NCBI RefSeq assembly: GCF_006345805.1
Contig: NC_043013.1
Coordinates: 18,724,001-18,788,000 of the forward strand
Direction: 5' to 3'
DNA from: Octopus sinensis
Taxonomy: Eukaryota
DNA: 64,000 nucleotides
Shown here: positions 1-13,892 of the stretch, one piece after another
Layout of the letters: each line of letters opens with the position of its first letter
Numbering within the stretch: the first letter of the stretch is position 1
Translations under genes and position numbers: made by a program
The notes under the pieces: generated by a model
What the model was told of the DNA's origin: nothing
Databases searched by the model: none
What the model saw: the letters and a program-made list of their open reading frames with translations, nothing else

Positions 1-628
1 ATAAATAAATAAATAAATAAATCGCCACTATTTACTTTATATTTACTTTATATTAAAATATTTTTATGTATTGATTAAGTCTTTCCTTGTTTGATTTGCA
101 AAATAGTGGTTTTGTCTCTAATTAATATTATATACTTATATATATATATATATATATATATGTCTGTGTGTGTGTGTATCTATGTTTGTATGTATATGTG
201 TGCGTATTTGTGTGTTTGTGTGTGTGTGTGTTGTGTGTGTGTGTGTGTGTGCGCGCGCGCTTGTATAAATAATTGATGAAGGAAACGGAAGATGGATCTC
301 GTACTAGCCTTTATTCAGTACGACAGTCGTTTCGACCCATCCTGCAATTGTTCGTTATGGGTAGGATATTGTGCATCTGTGTTGCATCAGTCTGTGCAGT
401 TTGTGCCACATCAGGTGCATGCATAAAAAGAGGATGTCCCTCTAGATATACTGAGTTCTCTTAGGCAGGATGTTCTTGCCAGTTATATTTTGGTAATTAC
501 TGGCTAATGGGGCTAGCTACAGTTGTCCGTGAATATATTACTTAAAATCCTACAATCATAACATATACAACCTTGTCAAAGAAAGATTACATTCAGGTTA
601 ACGGGATGGGTGTTCACTTCTGGACAGG

Positions 629-711
<83 letters not shown>

Positions 712-718
712 ATAGTGG

Positions 719-749
<31 letters not shown>

Positions 750-935
750 GGAGAGAGATAAATGGGAAAATCGAATGAACATTATTTAAAATCACAACAA
801 TTGTTTCGATACATTTTTGCCCCTGTACTGCATTGGTCAGATTTCTAATCATTAGCTACATATGTCTGTGTGTGTGTGTATATGTGTATACACATATATA
901 TATATACACATCCATATACATACACACACACCCAC

Positions 936-976
<41 letters not shown>

Positions 977-1082
977 ATATATATATATATATGATATATA
1001 GAAGATAGATAGATAGATAGATAGATAGATGTGTATATATATATATATATATATAATATAAATATATATATATATATATATC

Positions 1083-1113
<31 letters not shown>

Positions 1114-1353
1114 CAATCTATCTATCTATATACACACCTTACATACATTTATAGTTCTGGTAAAATGTCGTAATGTTATAGGCATATATAATAACTGCTC
1201 TATTAAGGATCTAGTCTATTTTTCTCTCTCTGAAGAATGGAATACACCGCTACTATCTCGTTCGCTGAGAACTGCACCATAATCTCATCTTTCTGGAATA
1301 AACATTAAGAAACTATCTGTACACATAAGTACTTACTTCCTTCTGCTTTATAA

Positions 1354-1389
<36 letters not shown>

Positions 1390-3426
1390 TATATATATAT
1401 AGTAGGCGGCAATGTTAGTTATAAATAAATTTATATCCATTAAATATCTCCATTTTCTCGCTTAATGATGTGTGTATGTATGTATATTATTATTCAGTTT
1501 TATTTCTAAATTTCATACCAATAAGGAAGGATCCGGTTTCTAACCTCGATCCAAGGCTCTTTCATTGGAATTTCGACAATATCAACAGGATATTTTATAT
1601 GTATGCCATTATTCAGTTTATTTCAAGATTTCTTGCCAGTAGAGAAATAACCGGTTTCTAACCTAGATCCAAGGCTCCTTCACTGGAATTTCAACATCAA
1701 CAACAGGGTATGTTTGTTTGTATGTACGTACATACTTACGTATGTATGTATGTATGTATGTATGTATGTATGTATGTATGTATGTGCAGATCTCTATGTT
1801 TTATGTATGTATTCTCATGCATATACTTGCATTTCTAGACATGCTCATGTATGTATGTATGTATCACATAATTTGTTAGAAATACCAGCTAAATTGAATT
1901 CAAGTCACCTCATGTTGTCTTAATAAAAGAAGGATACATTATAGTAATGTAGTTCTAGGTAGACGATGTCAAATATTGATCAGAGGACAGACTTAGTGCC
2001 ACCAGGATTGTCTAGGCTGAACAATTGATTTCACTAGAGTTATTAACCTTGTCTGCTTATTGATGCTAAATATCGCGAGGGGGAGTTTTTCTGTAGTCAT
2101 TGCATGGATAATCGCAACTGATTGAAGTTTTTCAACCCATTGTATTATGTATATGAGGCTCTAATGTATTAGGATTCAGTATGTAGAGTGGTCCACTCCA
2201 GGTGTGTTTCTGTTAAGTTTTGTGAACAACAACAACAACAACAACAACAACAGCAACAGCAGCAGCAGCAGCAACAACAATAACAACAACGACTGGAGCA
2301 GTAGCAACAACAATGTAAACAGCAGCAGCAGCAGCAGTAACAGCAACTACAACAACAACAACAGCAACAACAACAATAGCTGGAACAACAACAGCAGTAG
2401 TAGCAGCAGCAACACCATCGTCTACAGCAACAACAGTAACAACTATACCAGCAGCATCAGCAGCAGCAGGAACTGCATCAGCAACATCAACTGCAGCAGT
2501 AGTGCAATCATAATCACCACCATCACCACCAACAACAACATTATCAGCAGCAGCAGCAGCAGTAGCAGCAGCAGCGACCTTCTATCCTTCACTCATAACA
2601 TTTACTTCCTCCTCAGCTATCGTTACACGCTCTGTATCACTCTATTCTCTCTCACACTCACTCTCTCTCTCTCTCTCCTCTCTCTCTCACTCACTCGCTC
2701 ACTCACTCTCTCACTCACTCACACGCAGCAGACACTCTCTGAGTGTCACTCAATCCACCACTCATTTAACCACATACTAACCAACTAATGCATTCGCTCG
2801 CACACTCACACACTCACTGACTCACTGACTGACTGACTCACTCACTGACTCAGTCCGTCCTCACTCAGTCATTCACTCAGTCACTCACTCAATCTCTCAC
2901 TTTTTCACTCACTCACATACTCACATACTTGCTGAGTGTAACACTCAGTAACCCAAATCCATGGAACTCCCTAAACTGTCCGCTGCTGTTTCTTTCTTTC
3001 TTTCTTTCTTTCTTTGTTTCTGTCTTTCTTACTTTCTTTTTTTTCTTTTTTCTTTCCTTCTTTCTTTCTTTCTTTCCCCCCTCTCTTTACCACCCCTACC
3101 CTTCCTCTCTCTGTTAGATACATGCTGCTCTTACCTCCTACCTCGCTCTCTTAATTCCCCCCCCCCGCCAACAACCCTCCTACTACAACTCCCTACCACT
3201 GCTTTTCCCCCTCCTTCACTCCCTCCCCCATAATCGCACCATCAACACCACTCGCAGCCACAATATTGTCACAGGTGGAAGAAGATGGAATTGCCTGCAA
3301 ACAGGAGCAGGAATAGTAAGTTATAAGTAGGAGGCTGAGGAAGAGGTGGTAGAGAGAGGAGGGGGAAAGGAAAGTGGAGTATGACATACACATCTCCAAA
3401 TACGCAAAAGCTCATACACACACACG

Positions 3427-3459
<33 letters not shown>

Positions 3460-3961
3460 CACACACACGTACACACACAAACACTCACACACTCATACTC
3501 ACGTACAAACACACCTGCGCGCAGATACAATCGTATGCACACACACACACAAACACGCACACGTATTCTAGATGGATCTCCGTCTCTTTCGAAGAAGCAG
3601 ATTCAGTGATTAGATTAACATATATGTCGGCTGAGTATTCCGTAGACACAAATACTATTAATGTAATTCTCAGGCAGAATCAGCGGGGGCACAGTATGAC
3701 AAGGCAGCTCCATCTGAATGCTGGTATAGTCCATCAGATGGGCTTCTTTACAGTTTCCTTTTGCTCAGTCTCCATGGTTACTGAAAATAACCTTTGCCTA
3801 AGATGACACGCTGCAGTATCGAGCTAATCATTTGTGCCCTTTCCTTCTAATGTGTGTGTGTGTGTGTGTGTGCGTAAGTGTGTGTGTGAGCCTGTGTATG
3901 TGTGTGTATACATACACGCGCGCGCACACAAATTTCGAAGCGGTATTTCACTCGAGTGAGA

Positions 3962-4266
3962 TTTTTTTTTGTTCCTTCTCGACCCATGCCTGGCCCACTA
4001 GGGCCGTTTTCCCGGTTTCCTTCGTGTATAGGTTCCCCACCTGGACGGGACGCCGGTCCGTCGCAGGTGAGCTGCTAGATGCAAGAGGAAAGAGTGAGAG
4101 AAAGTTGTGGCGAAAGAGTCCGCAGAAGTTTGCCATTACCGTCTGCTGGAGTCGCGTGGAGCTTAGGTCTTTCGCTCATAAATACACACATCGCCCGGTC
4201 TGAGATTCGAACCCTCGATCCCTCGACCGCCGGTGCGCTGCTCTAACCACTAGGCCTTGAGCCACC
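3962..4266 (-). mobile_element. tRNA-derived SINE (type C), full length with A-rich tail
   Basis: Minus strand starts GGTGGCTCAAGGCCTAGTGGTTAGAGC (A box) ... GAGGGTTCGAATCTC (B box). Its body shares AAGCTCCACGCG...CACAACTTTCTCTCACTCTT with the SINE at 11375. It ends GAAGGAACAAAAAAAAA. Confidence 0.85.
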
Positions 4267-4360
4267 ACAGAGGGGGATCAAGAATGGGTATGAGTATTTT
4301 GTGATTGTAGGCATTTGACTGTTACCATGTTATGTATATCTATACATACATAATATATAC

Positions 4361-4780
4361 ATAGGCGCAGGAGTGGCTGTGTGGTAAGTAGCTTGCTAAC
4401 CAACCACATGGTTCCGGGTTCAGTCCCACTGCGTGGCATCTTGGGCAAGTGTCTTCTGCTATAGCCCTGGGCCGACCAATGCCTTGTGAGTGGATTTGGT
4501 AGACGGAAACTGAAAGAAGCCTGTCGTATATATGTATATATATATAAGTGTGCGTGTATATGTTTGTGTGTCTGTGTTTGTCCCCCTAGCATTGCTTGAC
4601 AACCGATGCTGGTGTGTTTACGTCCCCGTCACTTAGCGGTTCGGCAAAAGAGACCGATAGAATAAGTACTGAGCTTACAAAGAATAAGTCCCGGGGTCGA
4701 TTTGCTCGACTAAAGGCGGTGCTCCAGCATGGCTGCAGTCAAATGACTGAAACAAGTAAAAGAGTAAAGAGTAAAGAGTA
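4361..4780 (+). mobile_element. tRNA-derived SINE (type A) with internal (TA)/(TG) microsatellite
   Basis: GGAGTGGCTGTGTGGTAAG head, GGTTCAGTCCCA B-box-like motif, CORE-like TTGGGCAAGTGTCTTCTGCTATAGCC and a tandem (AAAGAGT) tail. Near-identical copies at 6060, 9475 and 42455. Confidence 0.9.
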
Positions 4781-4949
4781 TACACAAATACATGCATACA
4801 TGTATGCATTTGTGTATATATATATGCATGTATATATATGCATATATACATATGTATATACACACGCGCGCGCAGACACATGTACACATACACAAATGTG
4901 TATACAAGTATACAAACATATTTGGTATATATTCGATTTTGGACGCTAG

Positions 4950-5905
4950 ATGAGATCTGACGAATTCGACGTTAAAATCCGAAAATTGTTAACCAATACC
5001 AATACCAAGAATGTCTCCATCGACACTGACGTTGGTTGCTTTCACTTGAAACAAAAACGAAGTGACAGAAGTTTACTTTGATTCAAAGAATCTTTGAATA
5101 TCGCCTCATATCCCTTTCAAACAATATCGACTAAACGCTAAATATTGAAGTCCTCCTGCATCAAGTCTATATTTGTGAGGCCGATAACCTCATGGATGTT
5201 GGAAACTTCCTGACTGGTAATCGTTGATGCGTAACCAGAAAAGTTGCACAGCGGTACCACAACACATCCTTAGAGGAGAAACTAAGGTGTATACACACTA
5301 ACAGAAGATATTGCTTGATTGTGCTATTAGGAAGCTTCAGTGTGACATCGAGATAGTTGTTTACCGGAATATTAGCTCTCGTTTTGAAGGGTATGCTTTC
5401 GTAAGACTAGGGCGTGAGATGAGAAGGTATGTGACGTATTAAAGGGTTATGGACGGAGGCAAGCCACCGATATGCAACAGTCGATGTAGGCTCTGTGGAA
5501 CTAATATTGAAGATGTTACACACATCGTAAGTAGCTACACGCAAGCCTCCTTAACAGAATTACCTATGAAACATGATGTCGCGGCTAAAAAAAGAACACT
5601 GGAGAAATGTCCATGTCAAGACTTCGATAAATAAAATACGACAGGACATGCATAATGAACTGTGAGGGAAAAAGGAAACTATGTACATTCGTTGAAATCG
5701 GTAGCTCGATAAATCATTGACGTCAAAAACTACTGGTGACAGATTTGCAGCAACTCGATCCATGTTACGACTCCAAACGATACCAAACAGTAATTACTGG
5801 GGCACTTGGCTATACAACCACCTCAGTACCAATCTTGAGAAGCTGTAATTCACAAAGCTAGCAAAGACACCGACAAAATTTGCAAAACATCCAACAGATT
5901 TAGCT
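4950..5905 (+). mobile_element. Decayed non-LTR retrotransposon 3' half, RLE-type (R4/Dong-like)
   Basis: Frameshifted translation gives SRFEGYAF, the zinc knuckle CRLCGTNIEDVTHIVSS, (R/K)HDVAAK, KLCTFVEIG and VITGALGY. This motif order is typical of restriction-like-endonuclease LINEs. Confidence 0.75.
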
Positions 5906-6059
5906 TGCCATACCACATATGCAATGGTATTCACTCTTGAGCTCACGTGTCCGGATGCGTAGACGAGTAATTGTATATACATACATACACACACACACAA
6001 ACACACACAGAGACACGCACAGACACCACGCACATACGTACACACACACACACAAATAT

Positions 6060-6505
6060 ATATGGCGGAGCAGTGGCTGTGTGTTAAGTAACTTGCTTAT
6101 CAACCACATGGTTCCGGGTTCAGTCCCACTGCGTGGCACCTTGACCAAGTGTCGTCTACTATAGCCTCGGGCCGACCAAACCCTTGTGAGTGGATTTGGT
6201 AGACAGAAACTGAAAGTCGCCTGTTGTATATATTGTATCGTATATATATATATATATATATATAGATATATATATATATATATATGTGTGTGGGTGTGTG
6301 TGTGTGTGCGCCCCCAACACCGCTTGACAACCGATGCTGGTGTGTTTACATCCTCGTAACTTAGTGGTTGAGCAAAAGAGACCAATAGAATAAGTACTAG
6401 GCTTACAAAGAATAAGTCCTGGGGTCGATTTACTTGACTAAAGGCGATGCTCCTGCATGGTTGCAGTCAAATGACTGAAACAAGTAAAAGAGTAAAAGAG
6501 TAAAT
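6060..6505 (+). mobile_element. SINE type A copy
   Basis: Colinear with 4361-4780, including the internal (TA)n(TG)n tract and the AAAAGAGT tandem tail. Confidence 0.9.
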
Positions 6506-6991
6506 AAATTAATTCTTAGTGTTCACTTCCGGATTCTCTCACTCTGTGAAAGTTTCTAGTTCGAATCACGCGTGTCTCGAGATGTGCCGAAGATTTTCCA
6601 TTTTTGATATATTTGGGGTACTTAGGTCTGCTCAGGACTTAGTGACTGCTTTTTCCATGGGTATGAGTAAGTATTTCATTTATATCTCACATATTTATCG
6701 CTGAAGAGGAGAAAATTCTTATGAATTAACCCCGAAATTGAGACCAATACGGTAATAACGGATTTTTTAGAAATTTCTATCGGTTTGTTTCGAGACGCAT
6801 AAATTATAATGGTTATTGACAATTTTGTCTTTTTTTTCGGCATATTGGCATTAGAATTTTTCTTGTGCCCTTATTTGTAAATTATTTATAATTTAACCTT
6901 TTAAAGGTATATTTTTTTTTATATGCTGGCCATTGATAAAAATTTTTTCTCGAAAAAAAATTTTATCCTACATTAGATTATATATATTATA

Positions 6992-7022
<31 letters not shown>

Positions 7023-7661
7023 ATATGGATATATATTTATCTCTCTCTCTCTCTCCTCTCTCTCTCTATATATATATATTATATATATATATATATATGT
7101 ATAATATATATATTAATATATATATATATATATATCTATATATATATATATAAAAGAATGAATTGATATATATACATATGTATATATATATACACACACA
7201 CATACATACATATACAAAACAAGTTGCAAATAATGATTATTGTATTTTTTTCTTTATTGCAGTAAATGTGAATTACAGGTGCTTCCAGTAATCATTATAG
7301 GTTCGTTATTGATAGGTTTGCTCAATCGGTCCATTGATCGGTTGAAAAAAATTGAACGATCTAAAAAGTTAATGCTACTTCCGTCACTCATTTCTGGTTA
7401 TAACGAAGCAGAACACTGAAGGAATTGTATAGGTACAGTGGCGGAGTAAAGGGACGCAAGAGAATCGGTATAAGGTAAATGGAGTACATATATATATATA
7501 TTCACATTTATCCCATATGATAGTATCTAAATTGAAATGAAAGTGTCTACTTTCATGAGTGAGTAATTCGAAATATAAAACAAATAAAAACACGCTCACA
7601 CATACATACATTCAGTCATACATGCACACATACATACATGCATACATACGTACGTACTTAC

Positions 7662-7750
<89 letters not shown>

Positions 7751-7929
7751 CAGGTGGATAGATAGATAGATAAATGGGTGGATAGATAGATAGATAGATA
7801 GATACATACATACATACATACATAACATACATACATACATGCATACATGCATAAATACATACATGCATACATACGCTCAGCATACCAAAATATTTCCTGA
7901 ATCCTTGAAGACAATAGTACCAACATAAA

Positions 7930-8720
7930 GCACAGCGTCTCTACGACCCATGACCGCTACATTGCATCACATGTCGAAGGCTATGCATTTACAAACCAAG
8001 AACAGGGGATGGCCGCTAAATACCCAATAAACAAGAGAGACAGGGAAGATCTTCTGGTTTCGAGATGCAGCCAAAAATGTAGATGGTCATATTTCTGAGG
8101 AAGATATACCACATCTGGTTAGCAGCTGCTCCAAAAACGTCATCAAAGTATTACTTCTCTATGTGACATGACTGACTTTGCCACAAAAACTATACACAAT
8201 ACCGATCGGAAAATAAAAATTACCGGAATAAGTATAGAGAATCCTCTTGATGTTAAATAGATACACAAATTTCAACACAAAGAATAGTGGTGGAACATTT
8301 TCATCAAAACAACCCTCAAGTGTTAACATAAACGTCGGATATTGTTGTTTGGAATGGACAAGAAAATTATATGTATTCTCAAAGAGGCCAGCCGTACTGC
8401 TGGCATAAATATCTCTTTGAAAATCAAAGATGAAAACGATAATTATGGATAAATGTTCTGAAACTTCTTGCTTCTATATCCAGATGTATATTCACATTTA
8501 TAACAATGATAATTAGTGCACTTGGTTTTGTGCCCTAAATCAGAGGGTTTTCAGAAAAATAAATCAATCAAATAACTCGTACATTACAAATACAACCTGT
8601 AAGTGGAACAGTAGAAATATACAAAACTTTCCTCAAGTTTTAAATGTGACGTTGCATTTGTTATCAGCATTCCATAAATGGGGCAAGGTATCTTTGCTGG
8701 AAACCAGTTAGATCTTCAGG
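7930..8720 (+). mobile_element. Second decayed R4/Dong-like LINE 3' fragment
   Basis: Translation with stops and shifts: SHVEGYAF..QEQ, EDIPHLVSSCSK, WWNIFIKT, a PDIVVW-like stretch, ISALGFVP, SGTVEIYKTFLKF*. Confidence 0.75.
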
Positions 8721-8764
8721 GAAAGAATCCAAATAATTAGAAATAGAAAACACACACACACACA

Positions 8765-8831
<67 letters not shown>

Positions 8832-9172
8832 CACACACATGTATATATGTATATAATATATTCATAGATATGCACTGTATGAAAGAGTTTGAATCTGTTC
8901 CTTGCCCATGAATCGCTCTGACTTCCATATCTTCCATAAGCTGCAGACAAAGAGACATTTACCATTCCGTTAGTGGTTAGTATGGATTCTATTACTGGCT
9001 AGAGAGGGAAAAGCTTAAATAAGCCACATAGAAAATATATACTACACACGCGCATACATACAATCAAACGCATATATGCATATATACACATTCATATATG
9101 TATATATTTATATCATACGATATCAGATCATATTATATCACATTATATGACATATGTTAAACAATATATATC

Positions 9173-9219
<47 letters not shown>

Positions 9220-9474
9220 TATGTGGGTATGCGTGTACATGTACACGTACGTTTGAAAGTACAAACAAGAAGCGGCCAAGCAAGTAACAAAGGAAGGGGA
9301 GTAATTATATAGTAATTATTGAAATTACAATGATATTATCAACCCCAATATGCTTGATGCACGTTCGAACTGCGTTTTGTCACGGAGAATATTTCTCGCT
9401 TGTTGACAAATGGTGAGGATACACCTAGATCAGCTCATGTGACAGAAATAGGTTTCCAGTTATATATATTCTTT

Positions 9475-9858
9475 TTCATTTATTCTTTTACTTGTTTCAG
9501 TCATTTGACTGCGGCCATACTGGAGCACCGCATAGTCGAGCAATTCGACCCCAAGACTTATTTTGTGTAAACCTCATTCTATCGGTCTCTTTTGCCGAAC
9601 AGCTGAGTTACGGGGGCATAAACATACCAGCATCGCTTGTCAAGCAATGTTGGGGGAACAAACACATGCACACACACACAAACATATTTATATATATATA
9701 TACAACTTGCTTCTTTAAGTTTCCGTGTACCAATTCCACACACAAGGTTTTGATCGGCCCGAGGCTATAGTAAGAAACACTTGCGAAAGGTTCCACGCAG
9801 TGGGACTGAACCAGGAACCACGTGGTTAGTAAGCAAGCTACTTACCTCACAGCCACAT
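9475..9858 (-). mobile_element. SINE type A copy, reverse orientation
   Basis: Reverse complement of the 4361 element, from the tail TTCTTTTACTTGTTTCAGTCATTTGAC to the head CTTACCTCACAGCCAC. Confidence 0.85.
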
Positions 9859-9897
9859 ATATACACATGCATGCATATATATATATTAATATATAAT

Positions 9898-9930
<33 letters not shown>

Positions 9931-10634
9931 CAATCTTTTATTTTTATGTGACTGCAGCCATGCTGGAAGACCACATTATGCACACAGACACACAGACACA
10001 ACACACACACACACACAACACACACACATACACACACACATATACACACACATACACACACACATACACATGTATCTATAAAGTCATGAATGACAGAGAA
10101 ATAACTTGATGAAATTTTATTAAACAACAATATGAAAATTCAAATATCTCGACAAATCCATAAATGGTGGTCTGAAAGCCTTTTTGAATGGTCGCTAGTA
10201 TGTCATTTAAGTTAGTAATATCCCTCTATAAACTTCGGTAGTAAAGAATTATAATATTGCTTTCGTGTAGTGGTTAGCACATCAATACGATTTACAGTAG
10301 ATGCGGTGTTCGAATTCCGCAATGCCAAGCTCGAATTTATGCCTAAAATGCAAATTTAAATGCGAAGATGTGGTAGCTACGTAAATAGCGAATGTCTGTG
10401 GGCAACGTTACGATCAAGGTTGTATATGTATTATACATAAATTTATAGACACTATTTATATATATGCTGGGCATCATTTCCAGGCTAATATTCTCTAAGT
10501 CCTCTTGTCCCTATATATATATATATGTATATATAGTTACTCCAAACATGAACAAACATGAAAACACAACAACACGAGGACGTGGTACAAGTATAGTGCT
10601 ATTGGACGCTCAGGAGAGGAAAGAAAGAAGGAAG

Positions 10635-10669
10635 ATTTAACGTTTCGAGCGGAGCTCTTCGTCAGAAAC
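10635..10669 (-). ncRNA. Candidate minimal type-I hammerhead ribozyme (Penelope-associated type)
   Basis: Minus strand reads GUUU CUGACGA A GAGC ucc GCUC GAAAC GUU AAAU. Both core boxes are present, with a 4-bp helix II, a 4-bp helix I and a loopless palindromic helix III (AACGUU). Confidence 0.6.
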
Positions 10670-10750
10670 ATAGGAAAAGGAAAGGTGAAACGAAGGGTAG
10701 ACGGAGAAAGACGTTACACACGCGGTCACACACACACACACACACACAGA

Positions 10751-10793
<43 letters not shown>

Positions 10794-10887
10794 CACATAT
10801 GTATGTATGTATGCATATATGAGTATCTTTGCACAAAGACGCATCTATACATCCATCCATATATACATACATGCATGCATACATACA

Positions 10888-10921
<34 letters not shown>

Positions 10922-11374
10922 CATACATACATACATGCATGCATGCATGCATGCATGCATACATACATACATACATACATACATATAAGCAGATGTATGT
11001 ATGTGTGAATTGCTTGGTGAGCTTCATTAATTAAACCTTTGGCATTCTACAGCTTTTCCTATTATCGTTTACATCGTTCATTTGTAATTAATTCATAAAC
11101 CTTTGAACGAAGGCTTAATGTTAGAAAACACATGACCGTCATTAAATCTGAGAAAGTTAACTCTGTGTTTAAATACCAACAGGTCACAAATATCTCGTGC
11201 TTTCATCCCTATTCAGTGATTTCGGTGCTATAAATTGTGTACTGGTAAAACAGCAACTTACCAGACACTGATGATCCGGAACCTCTTATAAGCTGCAATG
11301 ATTTAGGAGCAGGGATTTCAAATTACCGCGGCTGCCAAACAAATCTACTGTTACCATGCACAGATTAGTGCCTT

Positions 11375-11750
11375 GGAGGCGCAATGGCCCTGTGGTTAGG
11401 GCAGCGGACTCGCGGTCATAGGATCGCGGTTTCGATTTCCACACCGGGCGTTGTGAGTGTTTATTGAGCGAAAACACCTAAAGCTCCACGCGGCTCCGGC
11501 AGGGGATGGTGGTGATCCCTGCTGTACTCTTTCACCACAACTTTCTCTCACTCTTACTTCCTGTTTCTGTTGTACCTGTATTCAAGGGGCCGGCCTTGTC
11601 ACTCTCTGTGTCATGCTGAATATCCCCGATAACTACGTTAGGGTACACATGTCTGTGGAGTGCTCAGCCACTTACACGTTATTTCACGACAGGCTGTTCC
11701 GTTGATTCGGATCAACCGGAACCCTCGTCGTCGTAACCGATGGAGTGCTT
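11375..11750 (+). mobile_element. tRNA-derived SINE (type D)
   Basis: GGAGGCGCAATGGCCCTGTGGTTAGGGC head and GGTTTCGATTTCC B box. The central GGTACACATGTCTGTGGAGTGCTCAGCCACTT is shared with the copy at 26230. Confidence 0.85.
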
Positions 11751-11949
11751 CCCAGTGCCTTGCACAGACTGGTACCACTCACAGACTAATACCTTGCACA
11801 GTTCAGTACTAATAAACTTGTATCATTTATACTACTGTATAATTGTCTGTACTTCATTTAATTATTTAAGCAAATTTAATATAGGTATAATCTACAGTGT
11901 GTTGACCAATCCGGAAAAGCTTTGGAATTAAGGTTCCTGAAAATCGATC

Positions 11950-12510
11950 GATATTCTACCTGTACTACCGAGGATCATGTCTGGCCAAAACATCCTTTGT
12001 ATCCCAAAGACTGGCATTTCTTGTCAGGGACAGTGTCTATTTCACGCCACACCTTCTGACATTCTACAAAAAAAAAAAAAGAAAAAAACGCAGGAAATCC
12101 ACTTGGAAGTACTGCTCACAAAGCTGGGACGTTCACTCTGCTACACTCAGAGACATCCTGGACCGCATCCAGAGAAGGACCAATCGACTGATTGCCATCA
12201 AATCATATTTAGACATACTTCAGCCTCTGGCTCATATGGATATTGACACCTCTTTCTGTCTGTCTTTTCTACCTAAACTAAAAATACCTGTGTTTCTCGG
12301 GTCTTGCTGGTATTCAATCTCCTTTACACGGGTACTTCCTATTCACATATTTCTTCACTTCTTGTCACCTTTCTTGTGTCCAACCACCGCACCCTATACT
12401 AAAACCTCTCATTAGATTTTTTTTGCTCAAAACATCATCTTTCTGCGATCGTTTCACATCTCGTGTCTCTACTGTAGATGCTCATTTGTTGAAACAGAGC
12501 ACAAAAGGCA
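11950..12510 (+). mobile_element. Decayed CR1/L2-group LINE, RT C-terminal region
   Basis: Translation includes WPKHILCIPKT and ILDRIQRRTNRLIAIKSYLDILQPLAH, matching the LDRIQ-RA-RLI...LQPL-HRR signature. Confidence 0.65.
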
Positions 12511-12809
12511 TCATTAAAACTCACGGGTACATATTTATGCTGATACACACACGCGGACACACATACACGCGCGCGCAACGCACACACATACACACATACA
12601 CGCACACACCCACCCACACAAACACACCTACACGTGTTTTTATATACACATACATTCATATATTTAGGTAACACAATTAGATGTCAATTCCGAAATGTCA
12701 GTTCCTCTCCTAATTTTCAGTCTATTACAAAAAATATGGCAAGCACAGCTCAACCTCGCCTCACCCTTCACCAGTTCCCTTGAATACTTTATTACACACA
12801 CATCCATCC

Positions 12810-12915
<106 letters not shown>

Positions 12916-13193
12916 TTGCCTGTCTGACTGTCTACCTCTCCCTGCACACACTCTCTTTCTCTCTCTCCGTATATAGATATATGCGCTTATATGCGCGCGT
13001 AATGTTAATATGCTCCATTATATGACTAAGTACCATAGCCGTCACTGGAACTGCTATAACCGATTGTGAAGGGGACTTCACATCAGTGTGTACCATGCTT
13101 TCGCTAACTGTTTTAGGTGCCTGTGTGGCCGCAAGAAGAAATAAATGTTCCACTCTCCCTTCAACCAGGAAAACATTTAGGATGAAACAGCTG

Positions 13194-13268
<75 letters not shown>

Positions 13269-13892
13269 GTGGCGGTTGACCATGCATTAGGCTGAAACTC
13301 GTTTTACATGAGTCGATTGGAGTATCGCATCGGTCCTTTCAGGAATCGAACTCACGTTTTTTATGATCGTGAGTGCAACAGCTCTAACCTCTAGGCCACG
13401 CCGCCCCTGAAGTGAATACACATACGTGTTACATATAAACATATGGTTGTCGTTATTGCTGTTGTTGTTGCTGTTAGACCTGATTAAAAACTTCTCTGGT
13501 TAAATCTTTGTTTCCATGACTATTCTACTATTTTTTTGTGGCATAATGTACCTTGCACTACATCACCGAATGTTGCCTTCCGTATTTTAACATAAAACAA
13601 TGTCAACTGAAGGACTTGGCTGCAGTTTCTAACTGGTCGTCATTTCAGGAGACGATATATCGTTGTCTCATGTTTGTGTGTGTGCGTGTGTGTGTGTGTG
13701 TATAAATATATGTGTTTAAAACTGTGTGTGCATATATGATGCGTGTGTCTGCATCTGTTTCATGTGTGTGCCTATCGTAAAAATTGTGTATGTATATCAA
13801 ATGCGTGTATGTGTGTATCGTGTGTGTATAAGTGAATAACCTTTGTGTGTATATAGGTGCGTCTATATCATATATATGTGTGTAAAACTTTA

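Noticed and set aside
2204-2788. Poly-Asn/Ser (or poly-Gln) ORF
   Set aside because: A CAA/CAG trinucleotide field; the Gln frame has stops and the ORF runs into (CT)/(CACT) repeats.
13340-13410. tRNA-like sequences here and at about 10265, 26230, 33747 and 49520
   Set aside because: A/B boxes are present but there is no complete cloverleaf or acceptor stem. These are SINE heads, not tRNA genes.
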